The notes beneath the pieces are model-generated. The model was not told the origin of the DNA, did no database searches, and worked only from the letters and a program-made list of their open reading frames with translations. From an uncultured Gemmatimonadales bacterium (GTDB lineage Bacteria; Gemmatimonadota; Gemmatimonadetes; Gemmatimonadales; GWC2-71-9), in contig CAWHFW010000005.1 of NCBI GenBank assembly GCA_963828735.1, positions 416,001 to 480,000 on the forward strand: 64,000 nucleotides of DNA, written 5' to 3'. The position numbers and the translations under genes were made by a program. This document shows positions 18,928-29,115 of this stretch, piece by piece (the stretch's first letter is position 1; each line of letters opens with the position of its first letter).

Positions 18928-21118
18928 ATGCACGCCCTCCTGATCCTTCTCTCTGCCGCCACCACCATCGTCCAACTCCCCGCTCAGAACCCGCGCGACG
19001 GCGACGTCGCTCGCTGGGAGCGCGAAGCCCGTGCGGTCACGATCGTGCGGGACGACTGGGGGATCGCCCACGTCCATGGGAAGACCGACGCCGACGCGAT
19101 CTTCGGGATGATCTACGCCCAGGCGGAGGACGACTTCAACCGGATCGAGACCAACTACCTCAACTCGATGGGCCGGCAGGCCGAGGCCGAGGGCGAGGAC
19201 GCGATCTGGCAGGACCTCCGGATGAAGCTCTTCATCAATCCGGACAGCATGCGGGCCAAGTACGCCGCCAGCCCGGTCTGGCTCAAGCGGCTGATGGACG
19301 CCTGGGCCGACGGTCTCAACTTCTATCTCCACACCCATACCGGGGTGAAACCACGCGTCATCACCCGCTTCGAGCCGTGGATGGCGCTGACCTTCAGCGA
19401 GGGCAGCATCGGCGGGGACATCGAGAGCGTGGACCTCGACGGGCTCCGGGCGTTCTATGGCGACAGCGCCGGTCGGCCCGGTCCGGCAGTGGGAAGTCGA
19501 TCGGGCACGGACACCCGCGAGCCCTCGGGCTCGAACGGGTTCGCGATCGCGCCGTCCAATACGGTGAACCACCGAGCGCTGCTCCTCATCAATCCCCATA
19601 CCTCGTTTTTCTTCCGCGCCGAGCAACAGGTCACGAGCGACGAGGGCCTCAACGCCTACGGCGCCGCGACCTGGGGACAGTTCTTCCTCTATCAGGGGTT
19701 CAATCAGCGGGTCGGCTGGATGCACACCTCGACCGGCGCGGACGCGATCGACGAGTACGTCGAGGTCATCGTGCAGAAGGGCGGTCGCCTCTTCTACAGG
19801 TACGGGCGAGAGGAGCGGCACCTCGTCGCCGAGCGGATCGCGGTACCCTATCGGACCGCGCAGGGAATGGCGGAGAGAGCATTCACGGTCTACCGCACCC
19901 ATCACGGGCCCGTCGTGCGAGCGGCGGATGGGCGGTGGATCAGTGTCCGGCTCATGGAGAAGCCGATCGAAGCGTTGAGCCAGTCGTACCTCCGGACCAA
20001 GGCGCGGACGCTCGCCGAGTACCGGAAGGCCATGGAGCTGCACGCCAACTCGTCCAACAACACCGTCTATGCGGACGCCGATGGGCACATCGCGTACTTC
20101 CATCCGCAGTTCGTGCCCAAGCGGGACGGTCGGTTTGACTGGACCCGTCCGGTCGACGGGAGTGACCCCGCGACCGAGTGGCGCGGCGTGCACGGGGTCG
20201 AGGACAGCCCGCACGTGGTCGACCCACCCAACGGCTGGATCCAGAACACGAACGACTGGCCCTACTCGGCGGCGGCGCAGTACAGCCCCCGGCGCGAGGA
20301 CTTCCCCGCGTACATGGACGAGGCCGGGGAGAGCCCGCGCGGGCTGCACGCGATCCGGGTGCTCGAGGCCCGGAAGGACTTCACGCTCGACCGGCTGAGA
20401 GACGCTGCCTTCGATAGCTATCTCACCGCCTTCGCCCGGCTGGTGCCGCCGCTGCTCGAGGCGTACGATGGCCTCCCCGCGGCCGACTCGCTCCGCCGGA
20501 AGCTCGCCGAGCCGATCGCGCGACTCCACGAATGGGACTTCCGCTGGTCCGCGGGCTCGGTGCCTACGTCGCTCGCGGTCTACTGGGGCGACACGCTCTG
20601 CGACCCTCTCCCAGCGCGACGCGCGCGCGGCCCATCTTGGGCTGTACGACTACATGGCGACGCGAGCGACGGCGGCGCAGCGGCTCGGCGCGCTCGACGC
20701 GGCGGTCGGACGCCTCACCCGCGACTTCGGCACCTGGCGCACCCCCTGGGGAGAGATCAACCGATTCCAGCGGCTCACCGGAGCCATCGTGCAGCGGTTC
20801 GACGACGCGGGGGCGAGCATCCCGGTGCCGTTCACCTCGGCGCGATGGGGCTCGCTCGCGTCCTTCGGCGCGCGCACGTACCCGGGCACGAAACGGATGT
20901 ACGGCACGAGCGGCAACAGTTTCGTCGCGGTGGTGGAGTTCGGGCGGGACAGCGTCCGGGCCAAGGCGGTCACGGCGGGCGGCGAGAGCGGGGATCCGCG
21001 GTCGAAACACTTCGGCGACCAGGCCGAGCGATACGCCGAAGGTCACCTGCGCGATGTCTACTTCTATCCGGCGCAGCTCGAGGGTCACATCGAGCGGACA
21101 TACTCTCCGGGGGAGTGA
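18928..21118 (+). pseudogene. Penicillin/GL-7-ACA acylase family Ntn hydrolase with a +1 frameshift near 20600 (real or sequencing error)
   Basis: IVRDDWGIAHV, GSNGFAIAP (Ser nucleophile), LLINPH; C-terminus (WRTPWGEINRFQR, GNSFVAVVEFG, GGESGDP) continues in frame of ORF 20468..21118. Confidence 0.85.
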
Positions 21119-21143
21119 CCTGGTCCGCCCGTGGCGGCGGCGG

Positions 21144-22007
21144 TCAGGGTCCCCCGCCGCTCACGATGAGCGCGATCGCGGCGAGGGCGCAGACCACGCC
21201 GGCCATCTGCCGCGTATTGAGGCGCTCGCCGAGCACCACGCGCGCGAGGAGCACGGTGCTTGCCGGGTAGAGCGACACGAGCGTCACCACGACACTGAGC
21301 GGCCCGATGCGCGCGGCGACCAGGTACAAGGCGTTCGCGAACATGTCGATGACGCCGCACGCGATCGTGAGCAGCAACACGCCCGGCAGCCGGAGCGACT
21401 GCCGGGTGACTACGGCCGCGAGCCCGAAGGCGATCGTGGCCAGGGAGCGCGAGACGAGAATGGGCCACATCCCGGCCTCGCGGCGCGTCTGCGCGAGGGA
21501 CAAGAGAAAGAACCCGATGGCGACGCCCGACACGAGCGCGATGCCGATGCCTGGGGGCAGGCGTCCACCGGCGACCGCGCCGGCGTGTGACGCGTCCGGC
21601 GCGCTCTGCTGGCTCACCAGGACGATCGCGACGATGCCGAGGAGGATGCCGAGTGCCGCGACCGGCGCGGGCCGCTCGCCGAGCCCGATCGACACCAGGA
21701 CCGGAATGGCGACGGCGCACACCGCGGTGGTCGGCGCTACGACCGCCATGCGCCCGATGGCGAGCGCGCGATAGAGGAGCGCGACGCCCACGCCGCCGGT
21801 GAGCCCCGCCGACGCGCCCCAGAGCAGGTCGGCGCGGGAGGGCGCGGCAGGCGGGAGGAACGGCATCAGCACGAGAAGCAGCACGAGGCCGCTCAGCTGT
21901 GACAGCACGACGACGGGGAGCATGCCCGCGCGCCGTGTGACCAGACCGCCGGCAAAGTCACCGGCGCCGTAGAGCGCAGCGGAGAGGAGGGCGAGGAGGA
22001 ATGCCAT
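21144..22007 (-). CDS. DMT/EamA family transporter
   Basis: About 10 hydrophobic helices, two repeats ending GERP / VLGERL. Confidence 0.88.
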   Translation of the reverse strand: MAFLLALLSAALYGAGDFAGGLVTRRAGMLPVVVLSQLSGLVLLLVLMPFLPPAAPSRADLLWGASAGLTGGVGVALLYRALAIGRMAVVAPTTAVCAVAIPVLVSIGLGERPAPVAALGILLGIVAIVLVSQQSAPDASHAGAVAGGRLPPGIGIALVSGVAIGFFLLSLAQTRREAGMWPILVSRSLATIAFGLAAVVTRQSLRLPGVLLLTIACGVIDMFANALYLVAARIGPLSVVVTLVSLYPASTVLLARVVLGERLNTRQMAGVVCALAAIALIVSGGGP

Positions 22008-22090
22008 GGGCGGCGAATCATACACGGACGCCGCCCCGTCCGGATCTTGCCACACATACCTGCAGATCGAACCGCCCGCCTTCGTGAATG

Positions 22091-22402
22091 TCAGCCGTCC
22101 CGGCGAACATCCCACGCTTCGAGCACCTCCATTACCTCGCGCTCGAGCGTCACACCGCCGGGAAACGTGCGCACAAACTCGTCTCGCAGCCGCGCCGCGT
22201 GCTTCGCCAGGTAGCGGTCGAGATCTGCCTGGCACTCGGCGTCGTACCGCATTCGGTATCGGCCCGGTGCCGAACGGGCGAAGGCCGCCGCCCGAAAGCA
22301 ACCGGTGGCGAGGAGCGCCGGGATGTGGTGCTCGCGCATGTAGCGCTCATACGCGGGAGTCAGGCTCGCTTCGACCGTCGCGGTGACCTCGTAGCTCAGC
22401 AT
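22091..22402 (-). CDS. DUF4286-like protein
   Basis: YEVTATV..YMREHHIPALLATGCF..LDRYLAKHAARLR. Confidence 0.75.
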   Translation of the reverse strand: MLSYEVTATVEASLTPAYERYMREHHIPALLATGCFRAAAFARSAPGRYRMRYDAECQADLDRYLAKHAARLRDEFVRTFPGGVTLEREVMEVLEAWDVRRDG

Positions 22403-22656
22403 GAATTGGGTCGGAACGGGTGGTCGAACCGCAGGTGAAGGCACTTGATGCTGAATGCCTCTCGAAAACCTACTCGAAGGCCGTTCAGATGTCAGTTTAT
22501 GTAGATCTGTTATCTGCTTACATTGATGATACTTACAGAGTAGTTATGAGTCATCTTCGAGCTCACGATGCGCTGGCGCGCTAATAACTTCACGCCATCT
22601 CGAGTGCTGAGCGGTTCGGTCCAGACGCCAGGGTAGCGCCCCCGGGCGTGGCGCCA

Positions 22657-22851
22657 TCATGACGACGGCCTGGGCGATCCCCGGAAGAGCTGGATGATCC
22701 CCATCAGGCTCACGCCGAACAGCACGCCGCTCGCGAACAGCAGCACGAAGTCGACCGTGCGCACGTGCGGCGCCGCACGCATGGCCGACACGAGGGCTAC
22801 GAGCATCGGCGCCGCGAAGACGGCGGCGCGGCGACGAGCTGGGCTCTCCAT
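22657..22851 (-). CDS. Small hypothetical membrane protein
   Basis: GAGGGAGG RBS, two hydrophobic segments. Confidence 0.6.
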   Translation of the reverse strand: MESPARRRAAVFAAPMLVALVSAMRAAPHVRTVDFVLLFASGVLFGVSLMGIIQLFRGSPRPSS

Positions 22852-22943
22852 GGCCGGCCCCTCCCTCAAGGTGATCCTGCCACGGCAACATCCCGAACGT
22901 GGTGTGCAGAGGCACGGACGGTCGCTCGGCGCGGCATCGCAGG

Positions 22944-25595
22944 TTACCCCGCGAACTCCAGTCGCACCGTACTCACACCGGACCCCTCGAGCGCAACCGG
23001 CACCGCGTGTCCGCCATCCGCGAGCGGGAGCTCCACCCCAGCATCGTCACGCTCGTCCGCCCGAAGCCGGACCGCGCGTGTGGCCGGGCGCCCAAGCCGC
23101 CAGACGCCAGACACTGGCTCCGCTCGCGCGTTCCAGCAGCGGAGCACGAGCCCGTCCCCGGCTTCCGGCGGCTTGGCGGCGGAGAAAACAAGTCCGCGGC
23201 CTTCGAGGCGGACGTGGCCTGGCGGGATCGAGAGTGGGCTCGCCTGACGAAGCCAGAGCGCCCGCGGGGGCAGGAAGACGTCCTCCCACAATTCGGGAAG
23301 CGAGCTACCCATCCAGAGATCGGCGGCTTGGACCGGGACGATGGCCAACTGCAGCTCGTCCGTGCCCAGGCACTGCGCCTCTGGTGTCGGCGTGGGCCAG
23401 CCGGCGTGGCCGGGCCTGGTGGGCAGATCGTCGCGCGAGAGCTGCCCGACGGCGCGGAGCAGCGTCACGCGGAGGTCGCCGTCCGAGCCCAGCTCGTATT
23501 CGAAGAACCCCGGAGCCAGGACGGCGAGACCGCGCTCGCCATCCGCCACCGCGACAAATCGCTGCGCCGGTGCCGTGGTCACGGGCGTCTCGCGCGGGTA
23601 GCGGGCTGCGTCTGCGGCGACCGCCGAGCGGACGACGGTCCCGAACTGGGCCCCCGCCACGGCAGCCGCCGCCGGCACCCCGGACGGGACGTGAAGGCGA
23701 AGCCGGTGATCCGTCGCCTGGTTATCCAGCTGGACAGTACAGCGAACCGCGGGGCTCCCCGCGTGGAGCGTGACCACGAGCCGCATACCCACCCACCCGT
23801 TCGCGCAACCGAGGCGACCGCTGACCTCGAGTGCCGCGACGACGGGACCCCGTGCCAACACGCGTACCGCCACCGGCCCGTTCAGCCGATGCACGCGATC
23901 CCGCGCGCGCGGCGCCCAGGTGTACGTGTCGCCCGCATCGCCGGCGGACTCGAGGCCGAGCAGCGAGGGGTACAGCAGGCCCGTCCGGCGATCGGCCAGC
24001 GCGATGGTCCCGTCCCGGCCGACCGTGAGAGCGAGCATCCCGTTGTCGAGGCTCCGCTCGGCGGCGCGCGCGCCGCCCTCCACGCTGGCGCGCTGGCGCT
24101 CGATCGGCTCGAGAAGGGCAACCCCAAGGCCTCCCAGCGCCGGCGCCTGGAAGGCGACGCGCACCACGTCCACTTCGTCCTGATCTGGGTAGTGGCGCGG
24201 CGCGTCGAGTCGCTCGTGCTCCAACGCACGACCGAGCGGCTGGAGCGGGATCGGACCGTCGGGTCCGAGCAGCGAGATGGCGCGCGCGCCGTCTCCCCGT
24301 CGGGGCTCGCGGCCGCCAGGCGGTCCGATGAGCACGTCACGCCGGAACCATGTGAGGTCCGCGACGACCACACCTCCTCCCCGCACGCGCGCCGCGGGAT
24401 TCCACAGGACGAGGCGCGGGGCCGTGTCTTCGGGATGATCGCGCGCGCGATCGGGATCGTTCCCCGTGAGGGCGTCGAGGCTCGCCCGGGCGATCTCGCG
24501 CGCGCCCTGCACGGCGTCGTCGAGACGGCCGGCGACGCGCCTCGCGACCACATCCGACGTGCAGCCTCCGATCGAGTCGTGGAACTGGGAGCGCACCAGC
24601 GTGCGCCAGCCGTCTCGGAGGAGCGGCCGCCGGTCACCGCGCCCCGCGGCGAAGGCCAGCGCGGCCAGCGGCTCGGCGGTGCGCTCCAGCAGCAGCTCGG
24701 CTTGGGCATGGCGGCGCTTGAGCGGGGCGCGGGTGGCGTGAACGCCCTGGAGCGTCCAGGTGTAGCCGTAGCTCCAGCGAAGCTCGCCGCGGAGCGCCGT
24801 CACGCCGTTCGCCTGCGCCTCGACCGCCTGGAAGAACTCGTCGAACCGCGAGACCCGCACCTCGGCGTTGGGCTCGAGCGCTGCGATCAGATCGCGTACG
24901 CGCCCGATTGCCGCCGGAGCCGCGTGATGATCCGCCCCGACGGTCACCGCCAGATGCGAGCTGGCCGCGCGGCGCACGAGCACGGGCTTGAGGATGCTCC
25001 AGGCCTGGCGCAGCCGTGGCGGATCATCCACCAGGCCCGAGCCGGCTTCGTAGCCGTCGGGCGGGAGGTGGTATAGCAGGATCGAGCGGCCGTCGGGCGC
25101 GTACCAGCGGAAGAGGTCGCCCTCCTGACCGACCTCACCGCCGAGCCCTCGCCACAGCACGCCGTGGCCGATGCCGAACTCGGCGGCGAGCGCGGGCCAT
25201 ATCGCGGGGTGGCCGAAGGCGTCGGGCGAATACAGCACGCCGGGCCGTCCACCGAGCGACTCCGCGTCGGCGCGACCGAGCAGCAGGTTCCGAACCAGCG
25301 ACTCGCCGGACGGGATCAGCTCGTCCGCGAGCACGTACCACGGCCCGACCTGCAGCCGGCCGGCGCGGACGAGCGACGAGACGCGCTGGCGCTGATCGGG
25401 GCGCACGCGGAGGTAGTCTTCGAGCAGGACGGTCTGCCCATCGAGAAAGAAGCTGCGAAACTCGGGCGAGGCGTCGAGCCGGTCGAGGAGGTCGTCGAGG
25501 GCGGGAATCAGGCGGGCGACGAAGGCGGCGCGCGGGAGGTACCACTCACGATCCCAGTGGGTGTGCGGGATCAGATGGACCGTCAGCCCGGACAC
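22944..25595 (-). CDS. Glycoside hydrolase family 38 (alpha-mannosidase / MngB-like)
   Basis: HLIPHTHWDREWY zinc motif, LDGQT, GPWYV, PDAFGH nucleophile, QFHDSIGGC, TLLRAVG. Confidence 0.92.
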   Translation of the reverse strand: MSGLTVHLIPHTHWDREWYLPRAAFVARLIPALDDLLDRLDASPEFRSFFLDGQTVLLEDYLRVRPDQRQRVSSLVRAGRLQVGPWYVLADELIPSGESLVRNLLLGRADAESLGGRPGVLYSPDAFGHPAIWPALAAEFGIGHGVLWRGLGGEVGQEGDLFRWYAPDGRSILLYHLPPDGYEAGSGLVDDPPRLRQAWSILKPVLVRRAASSHLAVTVGADHHAAPAAIGRVRDLIAALEPNAEVRVSRFDEFFQAVEAQANGVTALRGELRWSYGYTWTLQGVHATRAPLKRRHAQAELLLERTAEPLAALAFAAGRGDRRPLLRDGWRTLVRSQFHDSIGGCTSDVVARRVAGRLDDAVQGAREIARASLDALTGNDPDRARDHPEDTAPRLVLWNPAARVRGGGVVVADLTWFRRDVLIGPPGGREPRRGDGARAISLLGPDGPIPLQPLGRALEHERLDAPRHYPDQDEVDVVRVAFQAPALGGLGVALLEPIERQRASVEGGARAAERSLDNGMLALTVGRDGTIALADRRTGLLYPSLLGLESAGDAGDTYTWAPRARDRVHRLNGPVAVRVLARGPVVAALEVSGRLGCANGWVGMRLVVTLHAGSPAVRCTVQLDNQATDHRLRLHVPSGVPAAAAVAGAQFGTVVRSAVAADAARYPRETPVTTAPAQRFVAVADGERGLAVLAPGFFEYELGSDGDLRVTLLRAVGQLSRDDLPTRPGHAGWPTPTPEAQCLGTDELQLAIVPVQAADLWMGSSLPELWEDVFLPPRALWLRQASPLSIPPGHVRLEGRGLVFSAAKPPEAGDGLVLRCWNARAEPVSGVWRLGRPATRAVRLRADERDDAGVELPLADGGHAVPVALEGSGVSTVRLEFAG

Positions 25596-25604
25596 CGGCG
25601 CGCC

Positions 25605-25778
25605 TTAGTAGTTACGCGGGCGGAAGGCCCAGAGTGCGATCTTGAGGGCGATCAGACCGACTAACCCGTAGGCCACGATGTCCCAGCGAATGCCCGAGGC
25701 CCAGAACTCGACGTTGGCGCCGAGGGTCCGGAAGGTCGTTCCGGCAACCTGGGCGAGAATGAGCGCGTATTCCACCAT
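25605..25778 (-). CDS. 57-aa Flp-pilin-like membrane peptide (MVEYALILAQVAG...)
   Basis: Manual translation, below ORF-track cutoff; VEYALI N-terminus, second hydrophobic helix; ends 9 nt before GH38 start. Confidence 0.7.
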   Translation of the reverse strand: MVEYALILAQVAGTTFRTLGANVEFWASGIRWDIVAYGLVGLIALKIALWAFRPRNY

Positions 25779-25965
25779 GGGTGCCTGCCGGGGCGAGCGC
25801 GTGTCGCGAGCGGATACGTGCGGCCGGGATCGCCGTCGCGATCATCATCGGAGCCGGATGTCGGGGTAGCCATTCCGAGCGGACCACGCACCCGCCGGCG
25901 AAGCCCGCTTCCGGTGGAGCTCCCGCTCGGTACGGCCCCCACGACATTGGACTCGATGGCTTGCC

Positions 25966-27096
25966 TCAATCTAACCGGCGCGCCGCCCGCCGGAACACCG
26001 CCTGGTCGAGCTGACCCGCGACCGACGTGGCCGGCACCTCCATCATCCCGTCCGCGGACATCCGCAGCTCGATCACGTCCGCCGCCGGACCGAACCATCG
26101 GGTGCTCGGCTCGATATCCGACGGGTACACGAACTCCGGCAGCGCGGCCGCCGCCAGCGCCGCCTGGGAGCCGAGCCCTGATTCGGGCATGGTTCCCGCC
26201 CACAGGCGGACCCCGTGCTCGCGGGCGAGCCGGACGACGCGGCAGACTTCGGTGAGTCCGCCCATCCGGTGAACCTTCACGTTCCAGACGCGCGGGCCAT
26301 CGAGCTCCAGCAGCTGTCGTCCCGCTCGGGCTGAGTGAAGGGACTCGTCCACGCACACCGGCGTTCGAAGCGTCTGAGACAGCCGGGCGTGACCGACCAG
26401 CTCGTCGGGCGCGAGCGGCTGCTCGAAGTAGAGGAGGCCGGCATCGTCGAGCGCGCGGATGGCGGGCTCGTGGGCGGGCCACTCGTATCCGCCATTGGCG
26501 TCCACCGTGAGCGGGACGCCGGTGCCCTCGAGCAGGTGGCGCGCCGTCGCGACGGGCTCGGCATCCCACCCGGGCGCGATCTTGATCTTCACGCGACGGT
26601 AGCCGTCCCCCAGCGCGTCCTCGATCCACCGTGTGAGCGTCGCGGTCGAGCGGTCCGCCGGAATGCCGAGCGCGACGCCGCAGGGAATCGCGGCCGCCGG
26701 GGCGACGCCCAGTCGCTCGGCGAGGAGTGCCGCGATCCCGGTGCCGCGGCGATGCGCCTCGAGGTCCCAGGCAGCGGTCTCGAGCGCGGCGCGAGCGAAC
26801 GCGTTGCCGCGGACGCCCTGGCGGAGGAGCGCGTCCACGGCCTCGGGGCTTTCGATCTCCCGACCCACGAGCCGTGGGATGAGGACCTCCTCGAGCATCA
26901 AGCGGGCGGAGCCGAGGGTCTCCTCGGAGTAGAACGGGAGCTCGAACGGAGGCGACTCACCGTAGCCGACGTGGCCGGTGTCGTCGTGCAGGATGACGAC
27001 CAGCGACCGGCGCACGGTCATCGTCCCGCCCGAGATGATGAACGGCTCGTCGAGCGGGAGGGCGAGATCGAGGAGGTCGATGGACGTCAGGCGCAC
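25966..27096 (-). CDS. Enolase superfamily OSBS / N-acylamino acid racemase-type enzyme
   Basis: KIK, VDAN, FEQP, VDES, NVK..RMGG, GTMPESG, YPSD; PFYSEET N-domain. Confidence 0.88.
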   Translation of the reverse strand: MRLTSIDLLDLALPLDEPFIISGGTMTVRRSLVVILHDDTGHVGYGESPPFELPFYSEETLGSARLMLEEVLIPRLVGREIESPEAVDALLRQGVRGNAFARAALETAAWDLEAHRRGTGIAALLAERLGVAPAAAIPCGVALGIPADRSTATLTRWIEDALGDGYRRVKIKIAPGWDAEPVATARHLLEGTGVPLTVDANGGYEWPAHEPAIRALDDAGLLYFEQPLAPDELVGHARLSQTLRTPVCVDESLHSARAGRQLLELDGPRVWNVKVHRMGGLTEVCRVVRLAREHGVRLWAGTMPESGLGSQAALAAAALPEFVYPSDIEPSTRWFGPAADVIELRMSADGMMEVPATSVAGQLDQAVFRRAARRLD

Positions 27097-27103
27097 GTCC
27101 CGC

Positions 27104-28247
27104 TCACGCGCTCTCGCACAAATCGAGGAACCGGAGCTCTCCACCCTGGCGATGCATCACGCCGCTCCGCTCTAGGTCGAGCATCCCCGCCACCAGGCCC
27201 TCCTCCGGGTGAAAGAACAGGGCGTGCAGCGCCCGCTGGGTGCGTGATCCCTCGACCGCCGGATACTCCGTGAGCGGGAGCTGAAAGTAGGTATGCAGCT
27301 CGACGCTCTCACACCCGGCCCGTGCGTAGTCCAGCACCATCCGCCCGGAGCAGACGTTTCCGGTCCCGACGAGCGGCGGCAATCGTCGCCCCTCCTGTCG
27401 CGCCGCGCGGAGCACGCGCAGATTGCGCTCGCTCAGGTCCCAGCCGCCGTACGCGACGCTCGATCCGGCGTCCCACAGCCGGTTGAAGCACACGAGGGCG
27501 TCCGCCCCGGCCACGGCCGCGAGCATCTCGCGCTGGAAGGCGTCGTCGAATCGCGCGTTCATGAGCTTGATCGCGAGCCGGAGCGGCGCAGCTCCGGCGG
27601 CCCGACGGATCTGGCCCGGCACCTCGCGCACCCAGCGGAGGATTCGGCCCCGCTCGTCGGCGAGCGCGTCCCCGGCGAGCGTGGGCGAGAAGTCCTTCTC
27701 CAGCGGCAGATCGCCCGCGCCCCAGGCCTCCGCGATCCGGCTGGTGGTGTACCGGTATTCCTCCGAGCGGAACGGCTCATCGCAGGCGCGGCAGGTGGTA
27801 CTTGACCGACGGCACGGCGAGCAGGGCGCCCGCGCGGGTCAAGTCGCCAGCGGCACGGACCAGCGCGAGATAGTCGCCGAACGAGCGGTCCCAGCCCCTG
27901 CCCTTCCAGGTCACGGTCCAGCCGGTCCTCCCGCCCGTCGCCTCTCGAGGCTCGACCTTCATCCGGGACTCGTGGATCGCCCACGCGCCCATCGACCGCT
28001 CGCCCTCGGCATCCTCGGCGATCACGGTCTTGAGCACGACGAAGGCGAGACCCGCCTCGCGATCCGTGTCGAGCTGATCGACGTTGAGCGAGAGCTGGCC
28101 CGAGCCCTTGCCGACGGGGTGCGGAATCTCGAATCCCAGGTAGCGCGCGGTGAGGTCGATGCCGTACGTCTCGCGCACGTACGCTGCCGGGGCGGGCGGC
28201 ATTGCGCGGCCGAACCGCTCGAAGTCAGCCGCCAGCCGCTCGCGCAT
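27104..28247 (-). pseudogene. Dihydroorotate-dehydrogenase-like FMN TIM-barrel protein split by a +1 frameshift at about 27782
   Basis: DLTARYLGFEIPHPVGKGSG and VVLKTV N-terminal; LVGTGNV..AGCESVELHT C-terminal; joined product about 380 aa. Confidence 0.7.
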
Positions 28248-29115
28248 CGCGGACGGCGCGCTCGACCTCGTCGCGCTCTTCGGGTGGCAAAGCCGGTCCC
28301 CACGGATCGTTGCACGCGTCCGCCGGCAGCGCGCCGTCCGCCGCCGCGGCCCACAGCATTCGGCGGACGTAGCCTTCCATCGGAGGAATGAACGTCGCCT
28401 CGGCGAGCCGGTCGCAGGCCGCGGATCGGGCGTGGAAGGCCGCCCAGTCACGGTCGGCGAACGCCCGGAGCAGCCCCGCCTGGAGGCCCGGCAGCGCGGC
28501 GCCCATCCCGATGAGGGCCGCGCGCGCCCCCAGCATGAGGGAGTAGCCGAGGAAGCGGTCTTCGCCGGTGATGAGCACCTTGTCGGGATGGGAGCGGAGC
28601 AGGCCGGCGAGGTGCTGGAAGGTCATCACGGAATCGAGCGTCGCGATCTTGATGCCGATGACCCCGGGCAGATCCATGATCGCGTGAAGCGTGGCGTCAT
28701 CGTAGGCCACCCCACCCGCGGCCTCGTACAGCCAGAAGGCGATCACCGGCAGCTCGCGGCTCAGCCGCGCGTGGTACCTCACCGGATCATCGCGCTCGGG
28801 AAAGGCGAGCAAGGCGTCGGCCCGGCCGCGGCGCGCCTCGATGGCCATGGTGATGTCGCGCGCGCCGGCGACGATGATCCGCTCGGGCAACGCCTCGCGC
28901 CAGGTCTCGAGCACGACGCGTCGCTGGTCCGCCGAGAGGTGCGGCCCGCGCCCCGTGTGCGCCCACACGGCGACTCCGGCCACCGGCTGATGGCTCATCC
29001 AGGCGGCGTACCCACGCTGAGCCGCCTCGTCCAACGCATCGCCGCGAAAGGGCACCGGTACGGCCGGGATCAGGCCCCACTGCAGCCGTTCACCGAGCGA
29101 GGTCACCGCACTCAC
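28225..29115 (-). CDS. Dihydrodipicolinate synthase / N-acetylneuraminate lyase family aldolase
   Basis: GLIPAVPVPF, AHTGRG, GIKIA Schiff-base Lys, TGEDR; GTG overlaps upstream stop. Confidence 0.85.
   Translation of the reverse strand: MSAVTSLGERLQWGLIPAVPVPFRGDALDEAAQRGYAAWMSHQPVAGVAVWAHTGRGPHLSADQRRVVLETWREALPERIIVAGARDITMAIEARRGRADALLAFPERDDPVRYHARLSRELPVIAFWLYEAAGGVAYDDATLHAIMDLPGVIGIKIATLDSVMTFQHLAGLLRSHPDKVLITGEDRFLGYSLMLGARAALIGMGAALPGLQAGLLRAFADRDWAAFHARSAACDRLAEATFIPPMEGYVRRMLWAAAADGALPADACNDPWGPALPPEERDEVERAVRDARAAGG

Noticed and set aside
22480..22507. Possible dif (XerCD) site because of TTATGTAGATC
   Set aside because: Left arm lacks the CATAA-type XerC half-site
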